Assembly (NCBI RefSeq): GCF_008065095.1
Contig: NZ_CP042911.1
Span: 6,870,001 to 6,902,000 of the forward strand
DNA length: 32,000 nt
Source of the DNA: Gemmata obscuriglobus
GTDB lineage: Bacteria; Planctomycetota; Planctomycetia; Gemmatales; Gemmataceae
Direction: 5' to 3'
Positions 22,855 through 32,000 of this stretch are shown here, one piece after another. The stretch's first letter is position 1, and every line of letters begins with the position of its first letter. Made by a program: the position numbers and the translations under genes. Below the pieces are notes generated by a model. The model was not told where the DNA came from, did not search any database, and worked only from the letters and a program-made list of their open reading frames with translations.

Positions 22855-24525
22855 TCACGTCTTGACGTTTTTCAGCCCGTCGAGGAAGCCTTCGAGCTGG
22901 CGGCTGCGCACCGGGTGCTGGAGCTTGCGGACGGCCTTCGCCTCGATCTGCCGCACCCGCTCGCGGGTCACCTTGAAGATGCGGCCCACCTCTTCCAGCG
23001 TGTAGGTGTAGCCGTCGCCGAGGCCGTACCGCAGCTTGATGATCTCGCGCTCGCGGTACGTGAGCGTCTTCAGCACGCCCTCGATCTTGTCCTTGAGCAT
23101 CTCGTTGGTCGCGGCGTTCACCGGGCTCTCGACGGAGTTGTCCTCGATGAAGTCGCCGAAGTACGAGTCCTCGCTCTCGCCCACCGGCCGGTCCAGGGAG
23201 ATCGGCTGGCGGCTGATCTTCAGGACCCGCTTGCACTCCTCGTAGGAGATCTTCGCGGCGTCCGCCGTCTCCTGCACCGTCGGCTCGCGCCCCAGCTCTT
23301 GAAGCAACTGCTTCGAGACGTTGCGGAGCTTCGACATCGTCTCGATCATGTGGACGGGGATGCGGATCGTCCGCGCCTGGTCCGCGATGGCCCGGGTGAT
23401 GGCCTGCCGGATCCACCACGTCGCGTAGGTGCTGAACTTGAACCCGCGGCGGTGCTCGTACTTGTCCACCGCCCGCATCAGGCCGGTGTTCCCCTCCTGG
23501 ATCAGGTCGAGGAAGGAGAGCCCGCGGTTGCGGTACTTCTTGGCGATCGAGACCACCAGCCGCAGGTTGCCGCCGGAGAGGTCGCGCTTGGCCTGCTCGT
23601 ACTCGGCGAACCGCTGTTTCATGATGCCGACCCGGCGGCGCAGGCTGGCGGGCTCTTCGAGCGTGATGAGCATCAGGTCCTGGAGCTCTTTCTCCAGGTT
23701 GGCCCGCTCCTCCTTCGCGGTGCGGTTGCCGCTCAGGGTTTCGATCTCGGCCTCCAGCTCGTCCATGCGCTGGGAGATCTGCTCCAGCTTCTTCATGAGC
23801 GGCTGGACCTTCTGGGTCCGGATCGACAGCTCTTCGACCAGCGTGACGGTCTTGCGGCGGCGCAGGCGCAGGCGCTCGCGGATCGTCTCCCGCTCGTCGC
23901 CCGGGGTGCGCTCGTCGCTGAGCCGCTGGAAGTCCTCGACGTTGCCCTCCATCAGCGGCTCGAGGGTCCGCAGGTTGTGCGGCATCCGCTGGAGGATCTT
24001 GTCCTTTTCGAGGTTCTCGGTCTGGGACACCTTGATGGTGCGGTCGAACGGGAGGTCGCCGGAGTGGACCCGCTTGAGGGTCTCGACCACCTGCCGCATG
24101 GCGTAGTCGCACTCCAGCACCTTGCGGCGGAACCGGCGGCGGGTCAGCTCGATCTTCATCGCGAGCGACACCTCCTGCTTCCGGTTCAGGAGCTCGATCT
24201 GCCCCATCTGCGTGAGGTACATGCGGACCGGGTCGTCGATGTGCCGGCCGTCGCCGTCGGAGTCCTCGTAGCTCGGGGCCTCGGGGTCCGCGACGGCGGC
24301 GTCGGCCGCGACCGGGGCGTCGGCGACGGCCTCGCCGTCGTCCTCGTCGATGACGCTGATGCCGTTGGCGTCGAGGATCTCGAGCACGTGCTCGAGCCGG
24401 TCGGACTCGGGGACGCCGTCGCGGCCTTCGGGCAGGGCGGTGTTCACCTCGTCGTAGGTGAGCGACCCGACCTGCTTGCCACGCTCGACCAGCGCCTTGA
24501 GAACCTCGTCGTTCTTCCAGTCCAT
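22855..24525 (-). CDS. rpoD: RNA polymerase primary sigma factor RpoD
   Basis: Regions 1.1 to 4.2 are recognisable ([84 protein letters not shown]). The ATG at 24525 is preceded by GGGAGGGG; the ORF is open to a GTG at 24540. Confidence 0.93.
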   Translation of the reverse strand: MDWKNDEVLKALVERGKQVGSLTYDEVNTALPEGRDGVPESDRLEHVLEILDANGISVIDEDDGEAVADAPVAADAAVADPEAPSYEDSDGDGRHIDDPVRMYLTQMGQIELLNRKQEVSLAMKIELTRRRFRRKVLECDYAMRQVVETLKRVHSGDLPFDRTIKVSQTENLEKDKILQRMPHNLRTLEPLMEGNVEDFQRLSDERTPGDERETIRERLRLRRRKTVTLVEELSIRTQKVQPLMKKLEQISQRMDELEAEIETLSGNRTAKEERANLEKELQDLMLITLEEPASLRRRVGIMKQRFAEYEQAKRDLSGGNLRLVVSIAKKYRNRGLSFLDLIQEGNTGLMRAVDKYEHRRGFKFSTYATWWIRQAITRAIADQARTIRIPVHMIETMSKLRNVSKQLLQELGREPTVQETADAAKISYEECKRVLKISRQPISLDRPVGESEDSYFGDFIEDNSVESPVNAATNEMLKDKIEGVLKTLTYREREIIKLRYGLGDGYTYTLEEVGRIFKVTRERVRQIEAKAVRKLQHPVRSRQLEGFLDGLKNVKT

Positions 24526-24628
24526 CCGAACCCCTCCCACTGGTCGTCCGCTCGGGGCCGTCTTGGCCGTTGCGGCGGGTGGTTCTCAACTCGTGTGCGA
24601 AACCCAGATGTCTCGTTTCGTGCGGCGG

Positions 24629-26539
24629 TCAGGCCGCCGGCGCGTCCGGCTGCGGGCCGCCCGCGTTGTCGCCCCGCTTGGGCGGCCGCTGCTGCGTCTG
24701 CTGGATGCGCCGCAGCAGCTCGATCGCCTCGTCGTCGCTCGCGCCGGCGAGCTGCTCTTTGGCCCGGCGGGCCTCGGCCTCGGCCTTCATCTCCGCGAAC
24801 CGCTTGAGCAGCCGGGCCAGCCACTGCTCGCGGTCCTGCATCTGCTGGCCGACGAACTGGAGCTTCTGGGACACCTCGAACAGGTCCTCGCGGTCGGCGA
24901 GCCGCTCGCGGAGGCTTTCGAGGTCGGGCACGCCGCCCGCCGCATGCACCCCGTACAGCTCGGAGAGGATGCGCCGCAGCCCGGTGTGCGTGATCTCGTC
25001 GGGCGCCAGCCGGGCCGCCGCGACCGGCACCAGCAGCGGGTCGCTGAGCAGCAGCTCGACCAACTGGCGCTCGGCCGCCACCGCCGGGCCGGCCTTCGAC
25101 GCGCCGCGGGGCCGCTCGGTCGTCGGCAGGACCGCGTCGGGGCGAACTGTGACCGTCGGGCGGCCGCCGTCGCGGTGCCCCTCCTGTTCCTTCTGCTGCG
25201 CCTCGCGCTGCTTCTGCTCGTGGTCCTTGCGCAGCTCGCCGAACCGCACCCACATCGTTTCCTGCTTGAAGCCGAGCCGGTGGGCGATCCGGGTGACGAT
25301 CAGCTCCCGCTTCATCTGGGCCGCGGCCCCGGGCATCGGGGGGGCGGACGCCATGACGCCCAGGATGTCGTCGGCGATCCGCCGCTTGGTCTCGACCGAC
25401 GGGTTCGGGTCCCGCTCGAGCAGCTTGTTCAATTTAAAATCTAACGCGTCCGCGGCGGATGTCAGTACCTCTTTAAATGTTTCGGTCCCGCCGGGCTTCA
25501 CCAGCAGGTCGCACGGGTCCAGCCCGTCGGGCAGGGTGGCGACCGCGAGTTCGACGTCCTGCGAGACGAACATCTCGAGCGCGCGGTCCACGCCCGCGAA
25601 CCCGCCGGCGTCGGCGTCGTACAGCAGCACCACCTTCGGCGCGTAGCGGCTGAGCTGTGCGACGTGCTGGGGGTTGAGCGCGGTGCCCATCGTGGCGACC
25701 ACCTGCGGCACGCCGCACTGGTGGGCCATCATCACGTCCGTGTAGCCCTCCACGACCGCGAGGTAGCCGGCGTTGGCGTGGCGGGCGAGGTCCAGCCCGT
25801 AGAGCAGCTCCTTCTTGTGGAACAGCGGCGTTTCCGCCGAGTTGTAGTACTTCGGTCCGCGGGCGGCCAACGGGTTGTTCGGCATGATCCGGCCGCCGAA
25901 CCCGACCACCTGCCCGCGCACGTCCTTGATCGGGAACATGACCCGGTCGCGGAACCGGTCGTAGTACCCGCGCTGGCCGTCGCGGGCCGCGAGCAGCCCG
26001 ACCTCGACGAGCGTGTCGGTCGGGACCCCTTCGGCGAGGGCCAGTTTCACGAGCCAGTCGCCGTTGATGGGGGCGAAGCCGATGCCGAAGTCGCGGGTGG
26101 TCTTGCCCGAGAGCTTCCGCGCCCCCATGTACTTGCGGGCCTCTTCGCCCAGGTCGCCTTCGAGGTACTGGTAGGCGTACTTGGCCTGCGCCCAGCGCAT
26201 CACCTCCAGCAGCCGGGTGCGGTGGTGGTCCTGCGGCGACTGTTGCTCGTCGAGCTTGATTCCGGCCTTCGCCGCGAGTATGGCCCGGGCCTCACGGAAC
26301 CCGACCTTCTCGTGGTTCTGGACGAACGCGAACACGTCCCCCTGGGCGCCGCACGACCAGCACTTGTACCGCTGGCGGTGCGGGTCGATGTCGAGCGACG
26401 GGCGGGTGTCGTTGTGGAACGGGCAGACGGCTTTGAAGATCTTGCCGGCCGGAACGATGTTGATGTACGAGCCGACGACAGCGACAATGTCGCTGGCGGC
26501 CTTGATCTGTTTGGTTAGCTCCACCGGGTCGGACGGCAC
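24629..26539 (-). CDS. dnaG: DNA primase DnaG
   Basis: Zinc-binding CPFHNDTRPSLDIDPHRQRYKCWSCG, RNA-polymerase core, and Toprim (VVEGYTDVMMAHQ, VLLYDADAGG). GTG start after AGGTGA. Forms the classic dnaG-rpoD pair. Confidence 0.93.
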   Translation of the reverse strand: MPSDPVELTKQIKAASDIVAVVGSYINIVPAGKIFKAVCPFHNDTRPSLDIDPHRQRYKCWSCGAQGDVFAFVQNHEKVGFREARAILAAKAGIKLDEQQSPQDHHRTRLLEVMRWAQAKYAYQYLEGDLGEEARKYMGARKLSGKTTRDFGIGFAPINGDWLVKLALAEGVPTDTLVEVGLLAARDGQRGYYDRFRDRVMFPIKDVRGQVVGFGGRIMPNNPLAARGPKYYNSAETPLFHKKELLYGLDLARHANAGYLAVVEGYTDVMMAHQCGVPQVVATMGTALNPQHVAQLSRYAPKVVLLYDADAGGFAGVDRALEMFVSQDVELAVATLPDGLDPCDLLVKPGGTETFKEVLTSAADALDFKLNKLLERDPNPSVETKRRIADDILGVMASAPPMPGAAAQMKRELIVTRIAHRLGFKQETMWVRFGELRKDHEQKQREAQQKEQEGHRDGGRPTVTVRPDAVLPTTERPRGASKAGPAVAAERQLVELLLSDPLLVPVAAARLAPDEITHTGLRRILSELYGVHAAGGVPDLESLRERLADREDLFEVSQKLQFVGQQMQDREQWLARLLKRFAEMKAEAEARRAKEQLAGASDDEAIELLRRIQQTQQRPPKRGDNAGGPQPDAPAA

Positions 26540-27263
26540 GTTTCACCTGCGGATAACCGGCCTGTCGTTCGCTCGATCCCGACACCGCTGTGCTGCCCAG
26601 GGCGGTTGCGGCGATGCGCGTGAACCCCGGCGGAAGGTCGCCGGGGGGTCGTGAATCGGGGGAGAAACGGGATTCCGGAGTCGTTACTGGGTCCGCGGTC
26701 GGTCGGCCTTGGCGATTGTCGAGTTTGCCCTTCGACCCCGTGCTGGTGGAGCTGGCGAACCGGCGTCAGGGGGCTAACTCGCGTACGGAGTTAAACGCTT
26801 GCCGGATGAATCGCCGTGGGTGGGGTGGGGACGCTCGATTGGTGCCGTGGCTCTGTTCTCCTCTGAGCCTTTAAGGTCGGTGCATCAATCCGTTGATGCT
26901 TTGCGAATTATACCCGCTTGGGGGGGGGCGTCAAGGCAACCTCCGTTCCGACCGCCGCACCCCGCAAACTTAACCCATAACCCGGTCACCGGCGGCTCCG
27001 ACAAAACGGAATCTCCCACCAAGTTGCCCGCACCGCCGGCGCCTGATGCGCCCGCGCCGCCACCCGCACGACCGGCCCCGCGGGAGCGCCCGCTACGCCA
27101 ACTCGGGCGCGCGATTTTGGAGTGATTGGGTAGACCGTGCGTGCGTCACGGACGGGCGTGCGGGGTTGTAGTTCTGGTGCCGACTCAGTGACGCCATTCG
27201 TGCTGAAAATCTCTGGCGGAACGCGGCACGGACGTGCGTCACCAAATTGCGATGGAGAGGCCA

Positions 27264-27356
27264 AAGACGGTTTTGACAGGATTGACAGGATGAACGAGAT
27301 TTCAAATCGATCTGTTTTGATCCCGCTCGTCCTGCCGATTCTGTCAAAACCGTCTT
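27264..27356. repeat. Palindromic REP-like element, family 2
   Basis: Perfect 16-bp outer arms AAGACGGTTTTGACAG (27264-27279) / CTGTCAAAACCGTCTT (27341-27356). Imperfect inner pairing GATTGACAGGATGAACGAG / CTCGTCCTGCCGATT. Confidence 0.7.
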
Positions 27357-27574
27357 GATGACCACGAGACGGGTGCGGGCCGGAACGAAGCCACGACCAT
27401 CCGCCATACCGCCACCCGCACCCTTTAGACGGGTGGGCCGACGCGAGGCGAGCCGTCGTTGCCTTTCTCGTTGCCTCCGCGCCGCGGCCGGCTTACACTC
27501 AGCCTCACCACGACCTCGCGCACGGGGGCGCACCGCCCCGATTCCCCTTCCGCCTCTCCGGAGAACTCTGAGTT

Positions 27575-28975
27575 ATGGCCCGCAACTTCAACCGTCGTCA
27601 GGTGCTCGGCGCCGGCGCCGCCGCTCTCGGCTACCTGTACCTCGCGCCCGCGGTTTCGGCCGCCCGCGTCTACCGCGCCAACGAGAAGCTCCGCGTCGCG
27701 GGCATCGGCGTCGGCGGCAAGGGCTCCAGCGACATCGATCAGGCCGGCAACCTGATGGACGTCATCGCGCTCTGCGACATCAACGACGGCAACCTGGCCG
27801 CGAAGGCCAAGAAGTGGCCGGAGGCCAAGACGTTCGCCGACTACCGCAAGCTGTACGACGACGCGGCGCTGCTGAAGAGCATCGACGCGGTCGTGGTCAG
27901 CACCGCGGACCACTCCCACGCCCAGGCCAGCATCCTGGCCATGCGGGCCGGCAAGCACGTCTACTGTCAGAAGCCGCTGACGCACGACGTGTACGAGGCG
28001 CACCTGATGCGGACCGAGGCCGCCAAGGCCAAGGTCTGCACCCAGATGGGGAACCAGGGCACCGCGGCCAACGGGCTGCGCCGCGCCGCCGAACTGCTCC
28101 GCGCCGGCGAACTCGGCGACGTGACCGCGGTCCACGTGTGGACCAACCGCCCGGCGGGCTACTGGAAGCAGGCGCCGGACGTGAGCGACGCCAAGCCGCC
28201 CGCCAAGGGGAGCGTGCCCAAGGGGATCCACTGGGACGAGTTCCTCGGCGTGGCCCCGGACCGCGAGTTCGCCAACGGCATCCACGGGTTCGCGTGGCGC
28301 GGGTTCTGGGACTACGGCACCGGGGCCATCGGCGACATGGCCTGCCACACCGCCAACATGGCGTTCATGGGGCTGCGGCTGGCGCACCCGACGAAGGTGT
28401 CGGCCACGGCCGGCGACGTGAACCCGCTCACCTGCCCGAGCTGGGCGAACGTGGTCATCGAGTTCCCGAAGCGCGGGGACCTGGCGCCGGTCACGCTGAA
28501 CTGGTACGAGGGCAAGAAGGACGGGAAGAAGGTCCTGCCGCCCGACGAACTGGTCGCGAAGGCGCTGGAGATCTCGGGCGCCAAGAAGCTCGTGGACAGC
28601 GGGTCCATCATCGTCGGCACGAAGGGCTTCGCGTACTCGCCCGACGACTACGGCGCGAACGTGTTCTTCAGCACCGGGAAGAAGACCGGGAACGACACCA
28701 AGCCGGAAACGCTGCCGGTGAACAACAAGGGCGACCAGGGGCAGAAGGACGAGTGGGTCGCGGCGATCAAGGCCGGGAAGCCGGAGATGGCGCTGGCCAA
28801 CTTCGATTACGGCGGGCTGCTGACCGCCGCGTTCCTGCTCGGGAACGTCGCCATCCGCACCGGCAAGTCGTTCAACTTCGACGGCGAGAAGTGCGCCGCC
28901 GACATCAAGGAAGCCGCCCCGCTGATCCGCCGCACCTACCGCAAGGGCTGGGACCTGATCGGCTACAACGCGTGA
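27575..28975 (+). CDS. Tat-exported Gfo/Idh/MocA-family oxidoreductase
   Basis: Twin-arginine signal MARNFNRRQVLGAGAAALG, Rossmann block LRVAGIGVGGKGSSD, HVYCQKPL motif. The ATG is preceded by GGAGAA. Confidence 0.9.
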   Translation: MARNFNRRQVLGAGAAALGYLYLAPAVSAARVYRANEKLRVAGIGVGGKGSSDIDQAGNLMDVIALCDINDGNLAAKAKKWPEAKTFADYRKLYDDAALLKSIDAVVVSTADHSHAQASILAMRAGKHVYCQKPLTHDVYEAHLMRTEAAKAKVCTQMGNQGTAANGLRRAAELLRAGELGDVTAVHVWTNRPAGYWKQAPDVSDAKPPAKGSVPKGIHWDEFLGVAPDREFANGIHGFAWRGFWDYGTGAIGDMACHTANMAFMGLRLAHPTKVSATAGDVNPLTCPSWANVVIEFPKRGDLAPVTLNWYEGKKDGKKVLPPDELVAKALEISGAKKLVDSGSIIVGTKGFAYSPDDYGANVFFSTGKKTGNDTKPETLPVNNKGDQGQKDEWVAAIKAGKPEMALANFDYGGLLTAAFLLGNVAIRTGKSFNFDGEKCAADIKEAAPLIRRTYRKGWDLIGYNA

Positions 28976-29000
28976 GCTGAGAAAGAGCGTTCACCGTAGA

Positions 29001-29139
29001 AGCAGAGAAAAGAGTGTTCACCGCAGAGGGCACGAGAGGGCGCAGAGAGAAAACGTAAGAGAGTAAGGAGTCAATCCGCTCTCTTGTTTTCTCTCTGCGC
29101 CCTCTCGTGCCCTCTGCGGTGAACACTCTTTTCTCTGCT
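29001..29139. repeat. Palindromic REP-like element, family 1, copy B
   Basis: Perfect 54-bp arms (29001-29054 / 29086-29139) containing the same core TTCACCGCAGAGGGCACGAGAGGGCGCAGAG as copy A, plus an inner 7-bp stem and a 15-nt loop. Lies between the convergent stops at 28975 and 29156. A partial extra GTTCACCGTAGA sits at 28988-28999. Confidence 0.9.
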
Positions 29140-29155
29140 GGGTGGCGAGCGGATG

Positions 29156-30010
29156 TTACGGCTTCTCAGGCTTGGCCGGAGCGGGCACCGCTTCCGCCGG
29201 CTTTGCGGCCTCGACCGCCGGTCGCACCACCTCGACGGCCTGTCCCGCGGGGCCGATCACACCGGGCAGCGGGACCGGGCCGGGGCCGCCGTTGGGGAAC
29301 GGAAACACCGGGTTGCCCGGGGCCGGCTGGGTCGGGCCGTCCGCGTTCGGGCGCAGCTTCTCGGCCCGCTCCACGGTCGTTACGAACAGCACGTTGCTCA
29401 TGCGCACCGTGCCCAGGTCCGCGACCTCGGCCAGCAGCCGCACGGCGGTTTCCAGTGGCACGTCGTCGAGTTTCAGCGCGACCGTTGCGGTCGCCTTCTC
29501 CTTGAGCCGCGGGTCGATCACCACGTTGGCCCCGCAGTCGGCGGCGAGCTGCTTCACCGCGGTCGCGAACGGGGTGCCGTCACAGTCCACACTCACCCGC
29601 TGGCGGAGCTGCTTGGTGATCAGCCCCTCTTCGGTCGAGATGAACAGCCCGTCGCGGGTCAGGCCGCACTTCAGGTTGAACGGCGCCAGCGCCTGTTGCA
29701 GCCCGTCTTTCAGCTTCACGTTCTTGGCGGTGACGCTCACGGTCGGCTGACTCGGGTCCAGCCCGAACTGGTACACCAGCGGGTCGATGGTGACCGGCAC
29801 CCGGGTCTTCTCCTTGAGGTCACCGACCAGCTCGCTGAGCGACTTGTTTTGGTAGTGCATGTCGCCGACCTCGTCGAGCGCCTTGCGAGCGGCGTCCAGC
29901 GGGCTGGCGGCCTTGTTCGCGGCGGCCGGTGTCGGCGCCGCCGCGAACGAGACCGCGGGGGCCGCGGCGAACACGGCGGCGGCGAACAGGCGACGGAGGG
30001 TCGAGCGCAT
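29156..30010 (-). CDS. Exported protein with two STN-like modules and a Pro-rich tail
   Basis: Signal peptide MRSTLRRLFAAAVFAAAPAVSFA (ATG 30010). Module 1: SLSELVGDLKEKTRVPVTIDP...LKDGLQQALAPFNLKCGLTRDGLFIST. Module 2: PFATAVKQLAADCGANVVIDP...VPLETAVRLLAEVADLGTVRMSNVLFVTT. Confidence 0.7.
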   Translation of the reverse strand: MRSTLRRLFAAAVFAAAPAVSFAAAPTPAAANKAASPLDAARKALDEVGDMHYQNKSLSELVGDLKEKTRVPVTIDPLVYQFGLDPSQPTVSVTAKNVKLKDGLQQALAPFNLKCGLTRDGLFISTEEGLITKQLRQRVSVDCDGTPFATAVKQLAADCGANVVIDPRLKEKATATVALKLDDVPLETAVRLLAEVADLGTVRMSNVLFVTTVERAEKLRPNADGPTQPAPGNPVFPFPNGGPGPVPLPGVIGPAGQAVEVVRPAVEAAKPAEAVPAPAKPEKP

Positions 30011-30125
30011 AGGCGCGGCTCCAGAGGGTGCGTGCCGGACGGCAGAGAGCATCCTACCAGACGGCACCGCGCGTCAGAAAGATTGTTCGCGCTCCGGGGC
30101 CGGCTCACGCCCCAGAAGGGGCGGA

Positions 30126-31283
30126 TCACTTCTTGGGGGCGGGTGGCGGCGGGGCCACCGATTCCTTGCGCAGTCTCTCCAGTTCGATCTTCTGGCGCTC
30201 GCGCTCCAGCTTCTCGCTGAACAGCTCGTTGGCCTGCTCCTTGCTCGTGATCAGGTACACGCTACCTTTGCGCACGACACGCAGGTCGCACTGGATCGCG
30301 AGCAACTCGATGGCCCGGTCGGCTGGCGCGTTCAGCAGTCGGGCGTTGACCGGCAAAAACCTCGCTTCACCGGCTTGGGGCGAAACGACCACGGTGAGGT
30401 CGTACGTTTCGGCGAGCCGCGCGACCGTGTCGTTCAGCGCCTTCTCTTTGACGACCATCGACACCAGCGGCTCCTTGAGCCGCGGGCGCCCGCCGTTGTC
30501 GGAAATCGCTGACGTATCGAGGGGCGATTTCGCCACGACCGCCGCGTGCCGCACAGGCACGATCTCGATGACACCGTTCTTCACGAGATACGTTGCCCCG
30601 AAGCTTTCGAGGATCATGCTCAGGTGCTGGTGGAGGGACTGCCCCCGTAGCGCGGTGGTTATGACAGTCGGCTTTACGTCTCGGATGTTCGGGAACCCCT
30701 CGGCGTTAAACGCGCTCTCGTTGACGGCGAACACCAACGAATACTTCTTCGACAGGAACCCGAGCATCTCGAACAGCGGGGTTTCGTTCAGGTTCTTGTT
30801 TTCGAGATCAACCTCCGTACTCGCGAGGGTCGTCAGCAGTTGCTCGACCGGATCACCTTTCTTTGCGGGGGCTACGTCCGCTCGAACCGCGCGGAGTGGG
30901 ATCACCTCAATGTACTCAGGGCGCAGTTGGTACGTCGCGCCCAGACCCGGCAGCCACGCGCCGAGGAACTCGGCGACCGTGAGCCCGTCCGCGCCCAGGC
31001 TCTTAACCACCGACACCTTGTCCTTGATGTTGACCACCTGCTGCGCTTTGAACTCGTTTTCCAGGAGCACGAAGCTGATGTCGTGGCTCCTGGCGATTTC
31101 GCCGAGCACTTCGGCGAGCGTTTTGGCGCCGACCTTGGAGCCGTCGATCTTGACCTTTTGCTTGAGGCGAGCCGTGAGTGCGTCGGCCGCCCGGTTCTGG
31201 TTGGGTAGGGTCTTGGTGTCGTTGGCGAATCCGGGCGCGAGCACGAGCCCGCACGCGATCACGAGCCACACGAGCCGGGACAT
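30126..31283 (-). CDS. Exported protein with three STN-like modules (paralogue of the downstream gene)
   Basis: Signal peptide MSRLVWLVIACGLVLAPGFA. Three modules of the type TLAEVLGEIARSHDISFVL...; PLFEMLGFLSKKYSLVFAV...LHQHLSMILESFGATYLVKNGVIEIVP; ALNDTVARLAETYDLTVVV...AIELLAIQCDLRVVRKGSVYLITS. Charged coiled C-terminus. Confidence 0.75.
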   Translation of the reverse strand: MSRLVWLVIACGLVLAPGFANDTKTLPNQNRAADALTARLKQKVKIDGSKVGAKTLAEVLGEIARSHDISFVLLENEFKAQQVVNIKDKVSVVKSLGADGLTVAEFLGAWLPGLGATYQLRPEYIEVIPLRAVRADVAPAKKGDPVEQLLTTLASTEVDLENKNLNETPLFEMLGFLSKKYSLVFAVNESAFNAEGFPNIRDVKPTVITTALRGQSLHQHLSMILESFGATYLVKNGVIEIVPVRHAAVVAKSPLDTSAISDNGGRPRLKEPLVSMVVKEKALNDTVARLAETYDLTVVVSPQAGEARFLPVNARLLNAPADRAIELLAIQCDLRVVRKGSVYLITSKEQANELFSEKLERERQKIELERLRKESVAPPPPAPKK

Positions 31284-31430
31284 GGAGACCCCCAGGTTTT
31301 AGTTCGGGACGTGGCGCGCCGGCGCTCGGTTGTGCCGGCCGAGGCGTAACGGGGTGGGGCGCTCGGCGTTGGCGGCCCGGGAGGGAATTCGGGGCGCGAG
31401 GGCCGGGGCGGTCCCGCACGCCCCGCCGGG

Positions 31431-32000
31431 TCACGGCCGCGGCTGTGCCTTCTCCAGGAACATGGTTCCGCCGGCCGCTTTGTACGCCTCTTCCAGCGGC
31501 GGGGTGGCTTTGATCAGCTCGTGGTAGCGGTTCCGCACTTCCGGCTGCCACTCCGCGGGGGCGATTCGCTTCTCGATGTCGGCGCACTTCCGCGCGACGT
31601 CGGCGTACGTCTTTTGCAAGTTCGCGGCCTGGGCCGGCCCGCTCCGGAGCTGCTGGTTCGCCACCACGACGCACCGCTGGACGTCGAAGAACGCGTCCGC
31701 GAACGCGTTCCGCGCGTCGACGAGCGCCTGCGGGTCGGACCCCTTTTGTTGCTGCAAGTTGCCGAGCCGGGCGTTCTGGATCTGGAACAGCGTGTTCCAC
31801 TGCTTCACCGCCAGCCCCCACTCCGCGCTCGCCTTTTTCAGGTCCGGTTCGGCCGCCCCCTTGGCCTCGTGCAGTTCGGCCAGGGCCTTGCGGAAGTACA
31901 GCCGGCCGGCGCCCCACCCCGGTTTCTCGTTGGTGCCGACGATCTCGTTGAGCGCCTTTTCGGCGTCGGCGAACTGCTTCAGATCGATGCGGGCCTGGAT
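31431..32000 (-). CDS. Hypothetical helical-repeat (TPR-like) protein, 5' end outside the window
   Basis: The frame listed from 31808 stays open with no stop to position 32000 (...IQARIDLKQFADAEKALNEIVGTNEKPGWGAGRLYFRKALAELHEAKG...). The gene is therefore truncated by the window edge. Confidence 0.6.
   Translation of the reverse strand: MQARIDLKQFADAEKALNEIVGTNEKPGWGAGRLYFRKALAELHEAKGAAEPDLKKASAEWGLAVKQWNTLFQIQNARLGNLQQQKGSDPQALVDARNAFADAFFDVQRCVVVANQQLRSGPAQAANLQKTYADVARKCADIEKRIAPAEWQPEVRNRYHELIKATPPLEEAYKAAGGTMFLEKAQPRP

Noticed and set aside
22589-24807. 666-aa (minus) and 674-aa (plus) ORFs overlapping rpoD, plus the 24444-25646 ORFs overlapping dnaG.
   Set aside because: Off-frame or antisense shadows of unambiguous rpoD and dnaG genes.
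26590-27533. ORFs 26590-26874, 26799-27125, 26986-27264, 27093-27533 and 27137-27358 in the dnaG/oxidoreductase spacer.
   Set aside because: They are mutually overlapping and Arg/Pro-rich with no start context or motifs. One (27137-27358) is just the translation of the family-2 palindrome.
22736-29139. Possibility that the repeated CAGAGGGCACGAGAGGGCGCAGAG sequences are CRISPR repeats.
   Set aside because: The copies are inverted arms of single hairpins at two loci 6 kb apart. They are not regularly spaced direct repeats with spacers, and no cas genes are in the window.

Overview
Very GC-rich bacterial chromosomal window. The gene content suggests a planctomycete (Gemmata-like) genome, by inference only: an N-terminal CxxCH cytochrome module on a large exported protein, an LEQR-type secreted-protein N-terminus, a Tat-signal Gfo/Idh/MocA oxidoreductase, and long perfect palindromic intergenic repeats.

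Layout:
- (i) 28-4447: cheB-cheR-cheA on the plus strand.
- (ii) 5026-10183: two convergent large exported proteins. One is a DUF4114/Ig-like/split-cyclophilin protein. The other is a cytochrome c / PHM-DBH-like copper monooxygenase / PRX_like1 thioredoxin-fold fusion.
- (iii) 10.3-20.9 kb: a recombination-scarred accessory stretch. It starts with an ISAs1-like transposase remnant and tRNA-Arg(TCG), followed by three tandem minus-strand chemoreceptor (MCP) genes. These have unrelated sensor halves but near-identical signalling halves. Two are each followed by a small STAS-like gene (one intact, one internally deleted). The third MCP is a pseudogene with two lesions. An intact IS (17-bp IRs, 5-bp target duplication) sits between the first two modules, and a conserved ~170-bp AT-rich element precedes MCP2 and the MCP3 pseudogene.
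- (iv) 20.9-26.5 kb: minus-strand dnaG-rpoD, then four small genes (membrane protein, overlapping small ORF, COG1579 Zn-ribbon coiled-coil protein, DUF4177-like protein).
- (v) 26.5-32 kb: a 1-kb ORF-poor divergent spacer, the oxidoreductase, two paralogous exported proteins built from 2 and 3 STN-like modules, and a 5'-truncated TPR-like gene.

Most interesting: the MCP(-STAS) cassette array with mosaic, concerted evolution; the conserved AT-rich upstream elements; two families of long palindromic REP-like elements; and the domain-interrupted cyclophilin. No CRISPR array, rRNA or recognisable defence genes were seen. All homology calls come from motif recognition by eye; no searches were run.
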